Positions 1-11,603 of a stretch of DNA of 64,000 nt are shown here, piece by piece; the first letter of the stretch is position 1; each line of letters begins with the position of its first letter. The position numbers and the translations under genes were made by a program. The stretch is from Carpediemonas membranifera BICM (taxonomy: Eukaryota > Protista > Fornicata), in contig JAHDYR010000067.1 in assembly GCA_019828565.1 (NCBI GenBank), positions 464,244 to 528,243 of the forward strand, written 5' to 3'. Under the pieces are notes generated by a model, which saw nothing but the letters and a program-made list of their open reading frames with translations, was not told the DNA's origin and made no database searches.

Positions 1-1372
1 ATGAAGGGAAGAACATGGGTGTGTGTACGAGCCAGGAGCGCTGAATCCACCACGATGCAGTGTGGTCCTTAAAATGCTCCCTCCATGACTCACGAAGCCA
101 CATGGGCAACATGAGGAGGAGTGCCAACATGGCCATGGCAACGTTCATGAAGATCAACGTCCGAGTGAACGAGAAGAACGCCTCCACACTGGATCCGAAC
201 TTGCCGTCGATGCGTCTGAGGTCTTTCTTCCACAAGGGAACGGGATCTCGCCAACGAGTGATAACCCACTTCCCCATTGCTACGAGACGCATCGGATGCA
301 GCTTACCGCGGCGACGGGAGCGGCGTGAGTTCCCGTGCTTGAGCTCGACGTTGTTCTCTCGCACGGCCCTGCGAAGTGATGAGGCCCACGCGTGCGCTTG
401 GCCCGTGACAAGCAGTGTATGAAGAGAGTCGACCTCGACCAGCGATGTCTGAAGGCGAAGCATCTCTGCGTTCTTGCCTACAGTTGTTCCTTTGCGGAGT
501 GTCTTCTTTCTCGGTGATTTCCTGGGCGACTGCTTGGGGGATGGTGGGAGGTCCTCCTCCTCGACTGCCTCCTCCTGGATCGATTTGAGGGTCATCCCAC
601 GCTTCAGATCAGCCATACTGGGTGGCTGCTGGCCTCTCTTGAGGGTTCCAACGATCATGTCCGCTGCTTTGAGCGTGGCGTCCTCGAGAGAAGTATCCTC
701 ATCCGCAGTGACTGTCTCGAGGACAGCCTTGATCTGGTCATCATCGAGGTTAGCGAAGAAGGAGAACAGGTCGTCGTTGGCGTCCAGGACATCCTCGTTC
801 ATCGCACTGGAGTCGGCGATGGAGCTCTCGAAGTCGTCGAGGTAAATGGAGTCGGAAACGACGGAGGTTGGCTCGTCCACGAGATCTGGGATGAGAGAGG
901 GCTCGATAGCGATGGAGGGCAGGTCGGTCTCGGCTGAAGTCGAAAACTGCGCGCTGGGAGGCTCTGTCGAGTAGGCTGGGGGTGACGGAGCAGCGGCGGG
1001 AGTCGGTGGTTCCACAGAGCCATCGGTGGCGTCGGTTACTGTTGTCTCGAGGACCTGGGCCTGCTCCTCTTCGGGCGTTTCAAGGGCAAGTGGTGAGGTA
1101 GGGGACTTCCAGTCGACTGAACCTTGGTCAAAGGCGCTCGATACAGCGTTATTGAACTCGTTGGCGGTTTGTGCAAGAACAGAATCCCAATCGTCGTCGT
1201 CAATTGTGGCCATACGCTCACTGGGCACAAAATTGCTCGGCATTTCCGCGTGACGACTTTGTGAAGCAGAATTTGTCGGGTTGGAGCTCAGTTCACTGGA
1301 CGGGACATCATCATCGCTGACGTCCTCGAAGTCCAGGTCAAAATCGCCGTTTGGCCGGCTCCCTGAGCTCAT
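1..1372 (-). CDS. Transmembrane channel-like (TMC) family protein, 5' part; continues beyond the window start
   Basis: Manual translation from ATG 1372 is open to base 1. An acidic/proline-rich N-terminus is followed by PLWKKDLRRIDGKFGSSVEAFFSFTRTLIFMN and a hydrophobic segment, matching the TMC pre-TM1 motif W..xIK.IE..FGSxV.SYF.FLR...xN. Missing from the ORF track because no stop lies in the window. Confidence 0.7.
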   Translation of the reverse strand, partial: MSSGSRPNGDFDLDFEDVSDDDVPSSELSSNPTNSASQSRHAEMPSNFVPSERMATIDDDDWDSVLAQTANEFNNAVSSAFDQGSVDWKSPTSPLALETPEEEQAQVLETTVTDATDGSVEPPTPAAAPSPPAYSTEPPSAQFSTSAETDLPSIAIEPSLIPDLVDEPTSVVSDSIYLDDFESSIADSSAMNEDVLDANDDLFSFFANLDDDQIKAVLETVTADEDTSLEDATLKAADMIVGTLKRGQQPPSMADLKRGMTLKSIQEEAVEEEDLPPSPKQSPRKSPRKKTLRKGTTVGKNAEMLRLQTSLVEVDSLHTLLVTGQAHAWASSLRRAVRENNVELKHGNSRRSRRRGKLHPMRLVAMGKWVITRWRDPVPLWKKDLRRIDGKFGSSVEAFFSFTRTLIFMNVAMAMLALLLMLPMWLRESWREHFKDHTASWWIQRSWLVHTPMFFPS

Positions 1373-1558
1373 CTGTTAGTTGTTGCCAAAAGTGCACGCC
1401 AAATCGGGCTGGCTGAATGTAGTGACAAATAGTCCGCAATATGGCGCCATATCGTCTGTGGATCGGCGTGGCTCCAACTGCCTCTCGGAGCCGCGCCGTA
1501 ACCTGCGTTGCTACCAAAAGGTGACGTGGACGTTGTTGTCATCAGACGAAAGATAGCC

Positions 1559-2063
1559 ATGGGAAAACAAGCATTTGAACTTAAAGCCACTCTCGAGAAC
1601 GTAGGATCTCTTGTAGTTTCCCCGGATATGCCCTACAACGTTCAAATCAAGTGCTCTCTCTGTGGCGAGATCCACCAGAAGACTGTGCAGCTCACCGAAG
1701 ACCATCTGGAGCCCATTCCTCCGAAAAACCGCAGTGAAGGTATGTTTTATCTCCAAAGCACCATATTCTTAACCAGCACACTTCGTGATGAAATGCAAGG
1801 GCTGCGGCCGCGTCAACTCCCTTAGCATCACCAAAGTGACGCCATACACCCAAAGCGAGAGCTGGCAGATGGTCTGTGAGCTCGAATGCCGCGGATTTGA
1901 GGTGAGCGAGTGGTATCCTCGGCACTTTGTTGGGACTGGCATCGAGGGCGCCGAGGAGGCGAAGTACGAAGTTGAGCTAGAGGACGAGGAGGGGTGGGCC
2001 GACTATGATGAGCGGTTTGACATGCCTGTTTCTGTCCTCGATCTCGAAACCCGCATTGTTTAA
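1559..2063 (+). CDS. CZIB: CXXC zinc-binding protein, DUF866/C1orf123 family; one intron 1740-1776
   Basis: Removing GTATGT...TTCTTAACCAG (37 nt) joins ...NRSE|AHFVMKCKGCGR in frame. Motifs LKATLENV, KCSLCGE, KCKGC, ECRG, WADYDE. Confidence 0.9.
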
Positions 2064-2312
2064 ACACGCCGTATTTTGCTGGAAAATCATAAAAAATATT
2101 CGCGACGCCTGATGCGAACCCAGGCTCCGCTTGGGGTTGCCGCGAGCTGGAGGGCCAAGAAAATAATGTTGGAAAATTAAAAAATAGAGACGAGTTTAGG
2201 ATGGAGGGTCGACCTAGTCCATGCAATAGACACTCTGCTGGTGGTTGGGGAGACTGTTGGGTACCGGGAAATCCACAGTCGAACTGAGTCGATTGAGAAA
2301 CCCAACTATCCT

Positions 2313-4129
2313 ATGTCCGTCGCCGTGAAAGAGGCAATCCAGCTTCTTACCAACGATAAGCCATCTCTAAGGCTCACTGGTATTCGGCAGCTGAAGAGTA
2401 TCGCGGAATTCATCGGTCCTAAGCAAACACAAGAGGAACTCGTGCCATACCTCGAGCGTTTGTCCTCAAAACCCCAAAACCTAACACAGAGGCTGCTGTG
2501 GACGATACCGATGAGATTCTCATTGCAATTGCGGAAGAATTAGCTTGCCTTGGCCCTCTAGTTTCCGACGCCGCATGTCTCATAAGGCCCCTCGCCGTCC
2601 TTGCCAGAGCGGACATGCAATGCATCCGGGACGCCGCCATCGCATCGTTTAAAACGGTCTGCAGGGACCTTCCCACGTCCAAGTGCGACACGGCGCTCCT
2701 TGGCACCGTGGAGCGCCTGGCCTCCTCTTCTTACTACAACGAGGTCGTCTCCGCCTGCTGCTTGATCCCCCTCGCATATTCTCTCTGTTCTACAGGCCAG
2801 CGGTCACTTCTCTCCATGTTCTCCAAGGTCCACGAATCTCCCCTCCAAATTGTCCAGCGTGCAGCAGCAGATAACATGGGTGATCTCGCAGACGCGGTTA
2901 CAAGCAAGAAGAGCGTTGAGGACGCCACCTTCGTGGTGGAGAAATACCTGGCCATGCATGTCGACGACGCTGACAATATCCGTATGGCGAACATCCTTGG
3001 CGGCCCAGCCGTTCTCCGTCTCACGAGCACTGTCATTCCGAAGTACACCTCTACCATCGACGACACCCTCGCTGAGGCATGCAAGGATGTTTCGTGGCGG
3101 GTGAGGCTCTGCGCTGCCACTGTCTTCGCCGACTGGGTAGGTCAGATTCCACGCACACCCGAGCGGACTGAGAAGCTGGCATCCCTCTTCGCAGGCCTCA
3201 TGTCGGACCACGAAGCGGAGGTTAGAGCCAAGGCAGCGGCCGGGTTCCTCGACGTCTGCCGCAACGTTGGCGAGGGAGACATTGTGAACACGCTCTTGCC
3301 CACTCTTTCTCAGCATCGGGTTGACTCGAGTGACCAAGTCAAGAAGTCGACCGCCGCAGTCGTGTGCGGTCTGGCCCATCATCTGACAAGACACGACGTC
3401 ACTCTACACGTGAGGCCGATTCTCTTTAACTTCCTCGCAGATCCGTCACCCGAAGTCAAGCTTAACGTTCTCTCCACAATCAGCGGGCTTGTGGAGAAGG
3501 TTGGACCTGAAGATGAGAACATACGAAAGGCTGTAGCCCTCGCTGTCGGCACAGAGGGCAAGGCGGGGGGGCTGTCAGCTGACGTCGACTGGCACATCAG
3601 AGACAAGCTTGCTCGACTCATGCCCGAGCTCTGCGCCATTTTCTCGCGCCCAGGGGCGCCTCTCGACACCTTCACTGAGTCTCTAGCAGGCGTCCTCCTC
3701 CGTTTCCTCCGCGATTCAGTCTTTGCCGTTCGATCGACAGCAGTGGAGATGATGGCAAGACCCATTGCCCTGTGTGGCACGACTTGGGTTCGCGACCGTC
3801 TAGTCCCCCAGCTGTCGAAGCTGAGCAAACACCTTGATTACCTAAGACGGATCACGGCGCTTCAAGCCATCGCTGCCTTCGCGGAGCCCATCACTGAGCT
3901 TGATCCCAGACTTGCGTCTCCCCTGCTCGATGTGGCCGGGCAGGCAGTCATGGATAAGGTGCCCAACGTGCGGCTCAACGCGGCCTTGACACTCGGTGTG
4001 CTCGGGATGAATGTGCCAGACAAGACCAGGGTTGACTCGGTTGGACCCTTGTTGACTCGACTCCAGAGCGACTCGGACGCTGATGTGCGGGAGTCTGCGG
4101 AGAAATCTATCCGGATGTGCCATGTGTGA
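2313..4129 (+). CDS. PPP2R1: Protein phosphatase 2A scaffold subunit A (HEAT repeats); one intron 2458-2489
   Basis: Removing GTTTGT...CTAACACAG (32 nt) joins EELVPYLE|QAAVDDTDEILIAIAEEL in frame. HEAT motifs DVSWRVR, DHEAEVR, DSVFAVR, YLRRIT, DKVPNVR, DSDADVR. Confidence 0.93.
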
Positions 4130-4300
4130 CGGGTAAATGAATCACCATACGATGTGGATGAATCACTTCAAGAGCCCTTGACGGGAGGATGCGTTACGAT
4201 CTGCGGCCGCTGGGGTCACGTTTCGTGGCTCCGGTGAGTGGTGTCGGCGGTCGGCGAGTCGTCAGTCAGAATTTGGGCACCGAACTGAGCGCTGAAACCA

Positions 4301-5849
4301 ATGAACAGCACTAGTTCCTCGCCATCTGCCATCAGAGATGCGCTGATCACCGCATTCCGCGCCTCGCTTGTTGCAACGGCCTCCATCTCTGGGGACATCC
4401 CATCCTTGATCCAGTGCGCCTACTCCAGGCACTTCAAGAAGCCTCCTCGCCACGCTCTCAGAGATCCCCCCTCTCGAACCGTCCGCGCAAGCCCTCCTCG
4501 ACCGCGCCCGCTCGATCCTCACCAGCGGCCCCCCGCTGTCCATGAACGTCGAGCTCGCGGACGGCGAGGAGCTCCCGGTCGCCATGCACACGCTGAACCA
4601 GGGCGCGGTGTGGGCGTGTCTGGTGGGTGGCGGGGCCAACCCCGACCTCGAGGACAGGGTGCTGGAGGAGGCTCAAGATGAGGAGCCACACACTACCAGG
4701 ATGCACGACAAGATCCGCAACGCTCTCGCCCCTGAGGCCAAGTGCCTCTGGTTCCTCTGCCGCAAGTTCTTCTTCGCGCTGAATGTGGCAGAGAAGGACG
4801 GCGAGTGCTATCAGCACGCTTGGTCCTACATATTTTATCACCACCGCATGTACATGGACCGACTCTTCATGCTCGGCACTGCCAATCACACCGCCTTCAC
4901 CAGGGCCAGGATGCCCAGGGCCCTCGAGGTCTACAGCAACATATGGACCCACATCGCCAGGATGCCCAGGGCATGTGGGGCTGGGGGATAGCGGTCATGG
5001 CCAGCTGGGGTTCAAGTCGTCTAAGGTCGACCCGACCCGCCTCACCTTCCCCGCCTGCGCCGAGGTCGCCGAGCTCGAGGCCAGCCTGCCCCCCTGGGAG
5101 AAGCACTGGATGGTGACTGATGTGTTGATGAAGGGAGATCAGACGTTCATCCTCTCTTCGGTCGGCACTTTCACGGCCGGTGGACATCCAGAATAGTTCA
5201 GAGGCCATGTCCAGGGATACAACCGACTGCTTTCCACCCAGTCGCTGTGCCATCTGGCTTTGTCCCAGATCACATCATTCATGTGGGAAGTTTATTTATC
5301 GCGACTGTCATCCTCTCCATGGGCGATCGGCAGGTGATCAGCGGGAGAAACGATTATGGCCAGCTGGGACTCGGGCACGGCAATGGTTTGTCTGGATTCG
5401 TTGACCTGCCCTTCTGGGTCGACCGGATCATAACAAGCAGCTTATTCTTCGTCTTCCTCAGTGGCCGCCAGCTGCTCTTCGCTGGCAAAGTTCCCATCCA
5501 TATCGCCCAGTCGGGCCTGCTGCCTGGTTTCAGCGAGGATGACTTCTGCATCACAGCCACCCCGCTCCGGTTCCCAGAGAGGGTCAAGGGGTTCTGGTGT
5601 GACGATTATCAGATCGTCTGGGTGACCGAGGGTGCCACCCACTTCTTCCACCATGGGAAGCTTACCGTGGTTCCTATTGAGGCGACAGCGTTCAGTGAAG
5701 ACCTGTACATTCGCTTCTGCGACTCAACTGGCCAGTGGTTCAAGGTGGTGGGTGAGTCAGATGGGGTGGCTGAGCTGGTCGAGTGCGAGGCGCCCATAAG
5801 GCGGGCAGAGATCATTCCTGTCGACATCGACTCAACCCCTCAATCATAA
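4301..5849 (+). pseudogene. RCC1-like repeat family gene, copy 1 (disrupted)
   Basis: Near-identical to the copies at 8778, 13475 and 43695. RCC1-type motifs GHGQLG and GRNDYGQLGLG. Frameshifts near 4440, 4970-4990 and 5230, and an in-frame TAG at 5194-5196. Confidence 0.75.
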
Positions 5850-6182
5850 AGAACTCTAAGCTGCTCAATCTGACTCCGCGCGAGAAGTTCAGCTCAATGG
5901 AAGCCCCACAGAGGCTTCATGTCTTGTCGACACAGTGCGTCAGTACCCAGATTTATGTCAATGTATCAGCTTCTTGGATTTGATGTGCTTTCTTTGGTAG
6001 ATACGCACCAAATCAGAGAAGCGTTTTGTAGATCGATGTTAAGACACCGGGTTGAGCAAAATGGCTTCTGTGCGACCTTCTACTCAACACTGAACCATTT
6101 TTGGCATCTTTCGCGGCAGATGCCCTGCAATCTGTGTCTGTGTTGACCAGCGTTGAAACTGTCTCAATCAACCAGCCACGAA

Positions 6183-8687
6183 ATGCGGTATTTCTCGCTA
6201 GCGCTTTTGCTATGCTTTGCGCTCGCTTCCTATCGTATTAGCGATAGCTCTTCAACGTATGGCGAGAAGCAGGCCGTTCTCACGTACGCCAACGATGCGC
6301 CCGTCTCGTACTGCGAGAACTCCGCGAACCTTGCCCTTTCCGTGAAGTCCTACAAGGTGAATGGCAACGATATGATCCGTGTTACTCTCACAGATAAGGA
6401 CAACGCTCGCTGGCAAGTTCCCGAAGATGCCGTGATCCCGAACCTTGCGTCGATGAAGCAAAACAACTTCGACGACGTGAATGTTGACTTCACAGCCTCT
6501 CCAGCCAGCCTCAAGATTACCCGGAAGAGCGACGGCGTCGTATTGTTCGACACCGCCCCGCTCTCAACGGACAGCGCGCTCGTATACCAAGACTGCTATC
6601 TTTCTCTCGCCAACACGGCCGTACCCCCCAAGGCTTCCATCTACGGCATTGGCGAGCAGATGACGAGCTTCCACCTTGCCGATCCGATGAAGGTCTCCCT
6701 CTTTTCGAGCGACAACCCCACTACACCCGCGGGCTCGGGGTCCTACGGCACCCACCCCTTCTACGTCGAGATCAAGGACTCTCCCATGGGCCACGCCTAC
6801 GGCATGTGGTTTATGAACTCGAATGCTATGGAAGTTACTTTTGATCGGTCTGTGGGCATCAAATATGAGACGATTGGCGGCGTCCTTGACTTCTTCATCT
6901 TCACTGCTGTCAACCCGATCGAAGTGGTCAAGCAGTATCACGCCCTCATCGGATATCCCGTCGAAGTACCCTACTGGGCGTTCGGCTGGCAGCAATCTCG
7001 TTGGGGCTGGCCCAACCTCGATTTTATCGAGAACGTCGTTGCTCAATACGACTCCCACGACCTGCCTCTCGACGTTGTGTGGTTCGATATCGATTATATG
7101 GACAAATACCGTGATTTCACCTTCGACCCCGTCCGTTTCCCTCATGACCAGGTCAAGGCGTTTACTAACAAGCTCCACAGAGACGACAGGTATCTGATGG
7201 CTATCGTAGACCCTTCCATCGCTAATGTAACCGGCTATGCCCCCCACGACGACGGTATGGCCGCGGGTGTCTTCGTCAAGGACACCGATAACACGCCATT
7301 CCTCTCGAAGCAGTGGGCCGGCTTTACTTACTTCCCCGACTACCTCGCCAACCCCGCCACGACGGCCTGGTGGACGAAGTACATCACCTCTTGGGTCAAC
7401 GAGTACGGCATCGACGGTGTCTGGACCGACATGAACGAGCCCGCCTGCTTCATGGACGGTATAAGCCACGCTGCCCCTCCTGCCACGCCGTTCGACATGA
7501 ACAACCCTCCGTGGCAGCCCCCCTCACTGCTCCACCCCAAGCTTTACTCGAAGACACTCCCGATGACATGCCATGACGACTGGTCGTACCAGTACAACAC
7601 TCACAGCCTTTACGGGTTCAAGGAGAGCGTGGACACCCGCACCGCGATCAAGCACGCTAAGCCCGGCCTCCGCTCCTTCCTTCTCACCCGGTCGTCGTTT
7701 GCTGGATCTGGAAGATACACGTCGATGTGGCTGGGTGACAACGAAGCTACTTGGGCTCAGATGTCGGCCTCCATTGCTGGCATCATGACCATGAACATGA
7801 TGGGCCTACCCATGGTCGGCGCTGACGCTTGTGGTTTCATCGGAGACACCACCCAGGAGCTCTGCACCAGATGGTCTCAGCTTTCGGCGTTCACTCCCTT
7901 CTCCAGAAACCACAACGCCAACTCTGCGAAGGACCAGGAGCCCTATCTTTTCGACCAGACCCTCCAGAATGCGCTGAGAGAAGCCGTCTACTTCAAATAC
8001 CAGCTCTTCCCCTTCTACTACACACAGTACATGAAGGTTACCACTGAAGGTGGGCCGTTCATCAGAGGCCTTGCCTTCGAGTTCCCCGATGATTACACCG
8101 CTCGCCTGGTCGACACGACCTTTATGGTGGGGTCGAGCCTGCTCGTCGCCCCCATGCTCGGCCAAGGCTCCTCCTCACTCTCGGTCTACCTTCCCGACGG
8201 CGTGTGGAAGTCCCTAACCACAGCTGATCGCCTAATCGACTCTAAGGGTGCCATCAGTCGCTTCGCTGTGCCTCTGGGCGATCCATTCCCAGTCTTTGTC
8301 CGCGGCGGTCATATCGTGCCCATGCAAGAAAGCGGCCGCACACTTACCGCCGCAATGAAGACCGAACTCTCGCTGTACGTTGTTGCTGACCGCAACGGTA
8401 ACGCTGAGGGCGAGATCATCATCGATGACGGCCTCACTGAGCATGCTGACCGCGCAGTCGTGCAGTTTAAGCTCGCTGACAAAACTCTTAAGAGCACTGT
8501 TGTCGAGTCTAACATCCCCGCATCCATGAACCGCAGCATCTGGGCGATTACTGTCGTCAATGCGGGCAACCCAAAGAAGGTCAAGGTCAACGGCAAGGAG
8601 GCAGCGTACACGACAGTGTTGGATGGAATCAAGATCCACAACATCGACGTCCCCGTGCTTAGCGAGATGACGGTGGAGCTTATGTAA
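6183..8687 (+). CDS. Secreted/lysosomal alpha-glucosidase, glycoside hydrolase family 31
   Basis: Signal peptide MRYFSLALLLCFALA; WFDIDYMD; nucleophile motif WTDMNEP; acid/base motif WLGDN; GADACGF; PFSRNHN. Confidence 0.95.
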   Translation: MRYFSLALLLCFALASYRISDSSSTYGEKQAVLTYANDAPVSYCENSANLALSVKSYKVNGNDMIRVTLTDKDNARWQVPEDAVIPNLASMKQNNFDDVNVDFTASPASLKITRKSDGVVLFDTAPLSTDSALVYQDCYLSLANTAVPPKASIYGIGEQMTSFHLADPMKVSLFSSDNPTTPAGSGSYGTHPFYVEIKDSPMGHAYGMWFMNSNAMEVTFDRSVGIKYETIGGVLDFFIFTAVNPIEVVKQYHALIGYPVEVPYWAFGWQQSRWGWPNLDFIENVVAQYDSHDLPLDVVWFDIDYMDKYRDFTFDPVRFPHDQVKAFTNKLHRDDRYLMAIVDPSIANVTGYAPHDDGMAAGVFVKDTDNTPFLSKQWAGFTYFPDYLANPATTAWWTKYITSWVNEYGIDGVWTDMNEPACFMDGISHAAPPATPFDMNNPPWQPPSLLHPKLYSKTLPMTCHDDWSYQYNTHSLYGFKESVDTRTAIKHAKPGLRSFLLTRSSFAGSGRYTSMWLGDNEATWAQMSASIAGIMTMNMMGLPMVGADACGFIGDTTQELCTRWSQLSAFTPFSRNHNANSAKDQEPYLFDQTLQNALREAVYFKYQLFPFYYTQYMKVTTEGGPFIRGLAFEFPDDYTARLVDTTFMVGSSLLVAPMLGQGSSSLSVYLPDGVWKSLTTADRLIDSKGAISRFAVPLGDPFPVFVRGGHIVPMQESGRTLTAAMKTELSLYVVADRNGNAEGEIIIDDGLTEHADRAVVQFKLADKTLKSTVVESNIPASMNRSIWAITVVNAGNPKKVKVNGKEAAYTTVLDGIKIHNIDVPVLSEMTVELM

Positions 8688-8777
8688 ATGCTGAATGATA
8701 ATCCGGCTTTTGTTTTTTTGGAAGGGTGTTGTGGGCAAGTGAGTTTGGTGTGTTGGCCATTTATATAAGTGCCATAG

Positions 8778-10076
8778 TCACGCTTCGAATGGAATGAGCT
8801 CAAAAACAGTTTGACCCGGCACCTCGCACTCGACCAGCTCAGCCACCCCATCTGACTCACCCACCACCCTGAACCACTGGCCGGTTGAGTCGCAGAAGCG
8901 AATGTACAGGTCTTCACTGAACGCTGTCGCCTCAATAGGAACCACGGCAAGCTTCCCATGGTGGAAGAAGTGGGTGGCACCCTCGGTCACCCAGACGATC
9001 TGATAATCGTCACACCAGAACCCCTTGACCCTCTCTGGGAACCGGAGCGGGGTGGCTGTGATGCAGAAGTCATCCTCGCTGAAACCAGGCAGCAGGCCCG
9101 ACTGGGCGATATGGATGGGAACTTTGCCAGTGAAGAGCAGCTGGCGGCCACTGAGGAAGACGAAGAATAAGCTGCTTGTTATGATCCGGTCGACCCAGAA
9201 GGGCAGGTCAACGAATCCAGACAAACCATTGCCGTGCCCGAGTCCCAGCTGGCCATAATCGTTTCTCCCGCTGATCATCTGCCGATCGCCCATGGAGAGG
9301 ATGACAGTCGCGATAAATAAACTTCCCACATGAATGATGTGATCTGGGACAAAGCCAGATGGCACAGCGACTGGGTGGAAGAGGTACTCGTTCTCCTCCT
9401 CGACTGGGCCGACGAAGCGCACCGAAGCAGCGCCAGCCATGACAGTGCCGACTGGGGTGAGAATGAACGTCTGATCTCCCTTCATCAACACATCAGTCAC
9501 CATCCTGTGCTTCTCCCAAGGGGGCAGGCTGGTCTCGAGCTCGGCGACCTCGGCGCAGGCGGGGAAGGTAAGGCGGGTCGGGTCGTTGAACTCAAATGAC
9601 TCGAACCCCAGCTGACCATTTCCGCTATACCCCCAGCCCCACAGGCCCTTGGGCGTCCTGGCGATGCGGCTAATCCTGTTGCTGTAGACCTCGAGGGCCC
9701 TGGGCATCCTGGCTCTGGTGAAGGCGGTGTGATTGGCAGTGCCGAGCATGAAGAGTCGGCCCATGTACATGCGGTGGTGGTAGCATATGCCTATTCCCGT
9801 GAACTGATAGCTCTCGCCGTCCTTCTCGGCGACGTTCAGCGAGAAGAAGAACTTGCGGCAGAGGAACCAGAGGCACTTGGCCTCGGGGGCGAGAGCGTTG
9901 CGGATCTTGTCGTGCATCCTGGTAGTGTGTGGCTCCTCATCTTGAGCCCCCTGCAGCACCCTGTCCTCGAGGTATGGGTTGGCCCCGCCACCCACCAGAC
10001 ACGCCCACACCGCGCCCTGGTTCAGCGTGTGCATGGCGACCGGGAGCTCCTCGCCATCCGCGAGCTCGACGTTCAT
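8778..10076 (-). CDS. RCC1-like repeat family gene, copy 2 (432 aa open frame; upstream out-of-frame N-terminal segment starts at ATG 10317)
   Basis: Only copy with an uninterrupted frame from MNVEL to stop. Motifs GLWGWGYSGNGQLG and GRNDYGQLGLG. Confidence 0.75.
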   Translation of the reverse strand: MNVELADGEELPVAMHTLNQGAVWACLVGGGANPYLEDRVLQGAQDEEPHTTRMHDKIRNALAPEAKCLWFLCRKFFFSLNVAEKDGESYQFTGIGICYHHRMYMGRLFMLGTANHTAFTRARMPRALEVYSNRISRIARTPKGLWGWGYSGNGQLGFESFEFNDPTRLTFPACAEVAELETSLPPWEKHRMVTDVLMKGDQTFILTPVGTVMAGAASVRFVGPVEEENEYLFHPVAVPSGFVPDHIIHVGSLFIATVILSMGDRQMISGRNDYGQLGLGHGNGLSGFVDLPFWVDRIITSSLFFVFLSGRQLLFTGKVPIHIAQSGLLPGFSEDDFCITATPLRFPERVKGFWCDDYQIVWVTEGATHFFHHGKLAVVPIEATAFSEDLYIRFCDSTGQWFRVVGESDGVAELVECEVPGQTVFELIPFEA

Positions 10077-10475
10077 GGACAGCGGGGGGCCGCTGGTGAG
10101 GATCGAGCGGGCGCGGTCGAGGAGGGCTTGCGCGGTTGGTTCAAGAGGGGGGATCTCTGAGAGCGTGGCGAGGAGGCTTCTTGAAGTGCCTGGAGTAGGC
10201 GCACTGGATCAAGGATGGGATGTCCCCAGAGATGGAGGCCGTTGCAACAAGCGAGGCGCGGAATGCGGTGATCAGCGCATCTCTGATGGCAGATGGCGAG
10301 GAACTAGTGCTGCTCATTGGCTTCAGCGCTCAGTTCGGTGCCCAAATTCTGACTGACGACTCGCCGACCGCCGACACCACTCACCGGAGCCACGAAACGT
10401 GACCCCAGCGGCCGCAGATCGTAACGCATCCTCCCGTCCAGCGGTCTTCTGACATTTATCATGCTCATCAGCCCG

Positions 10476-11603
10476 TCACTCGTCGGCCTCAAGGAAGAGC
10501 AGGCCCGTCATAGCAGCCACGCCGAGAGCCATGCTCAGCATGTGCCCCACTCGGTGGCCCACCGCGGCATGCCCGTCGCGATGCATGGTGTGAGCTAGAA
10601 GCTCGATCAAGCCCACATAGAGGAACGTCCCGGCCGACAAGGACACGCCAACGAAGACGACGGCATCTTTTGCTGCGCCCTCCACAAGCTTATGCGTGGC
10701 CGCACCGAGGAGGTACCCCAGCGGCGTGATGCAGGCGTACGCGACAGTGACCGCGGCCACTACACCCACCCCTGCTCCATGCAGGACGATGGAAGCGACG
10801 AGAGCCATCGCCTCGAGCCCCTTGTGCGCAAATATAGCGACCCAGGACATCCGCGCCGTCGACCCGTATGGAAGCACGCCCAGGCCGAAACCTGCGACGA
10901 TCGAGTGGAAGGAGAGCGCGGAGAGGAGGAACAGAGGGATCAGGCACGCCCGCAGAGGGCCCATTGAGGCGCGGGCCTTGGGCGAGTGCCTGTGGGGGCG
11001 GGCTGGGTAGGGGCAGTGGTCGACCTGGCACCCGGCCTCGGTGCATGTCATGAGGGCATGCTCGCTGTGCGTATGGGGGTATGCGGGCGGGCGATCGTCG
11101 GGCTGGTCCACGGGCGGCTGTTGCTCGCCGTAGTCTGGCCTCACCGACTCTGCCACTGGGATGGACGACTCCGCGTCGCTGGCCTGCGATTCGACGTCGG
11201 AAAGCTCCTTGTCCTCTACGATGTGGAGGGAGCAAAGGCCGTTGTCCTCGACATGCGAGTGGGCGCCTGTGATGTAGTCGACGGCGGCCATGGCGACAAA
11301 GACAGCGGAGGCGATCATGAAAGCAACGGGGCGGCCGGCGAGGAGGGAGGCGTCGGGTATTGTGGACTCCGCAGCCTCGTTGGCCTCAGGCAGCATGTGC
11401 AGCAGGGCGCCAGCGAGGAAGACACCAGCTGAAAGCATGTTCATGTACTCCATAATCGCATCAAACGCGATATTCTTGCTAGAATGGCCGGAGTATATGC
11501 GCCATGCAAGCGGAATGGCCCCGCCAACGAAGGCGACGAGCCATATGGAACCAAGGCAGAAAGCTGCCCAGGTAATCTCTCTCAAATCAACGAAATCAAA
11601 CAT
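10476..11603 (-). CDS. ZIP (SLC39/ZRT-IRT) zinc/iron transporter, copy 1
   Basis: SAGVFLAGALLHMLPEA, His-rich loop, ALSFHSIVAG (TM4), AHKGLEA (TM5), ITPLG, SAGTFLYV. Confidence 0.95.
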   Translation of the reverse strand: MFDFVDLREITWAAFCLGSIWLVAFVGGAIPLAWRIYSGHSSKNIAFDAIMEYMNMLSAGVFLAGALLHMLPEANEAAESTIPDASLLAGRPVAFMIASAVFVAMAAVDYITGAHSHVEDNGLCSLHIVEDKELSDVESQASDAESSIPVAESVRPDYGEQQPPVDQPDDRPPAYPHTHSEHALMTCTEAGCQVDHCPYPARPHRHSPKARASMGPLRACLIPLFLLSALSFHSIVAGFGLGVLPYGSTARMSWVAIFAHKGLEAMALVASIVLHGAGVGVVAAVTVAYACITPLGYLLGAATHKLVEGAAKDAVVFVGVSLSAGTFLYVGLIELLAHTMHRDGHAAVGHRVGHMLSMALGVAAMTGLLFLEADE

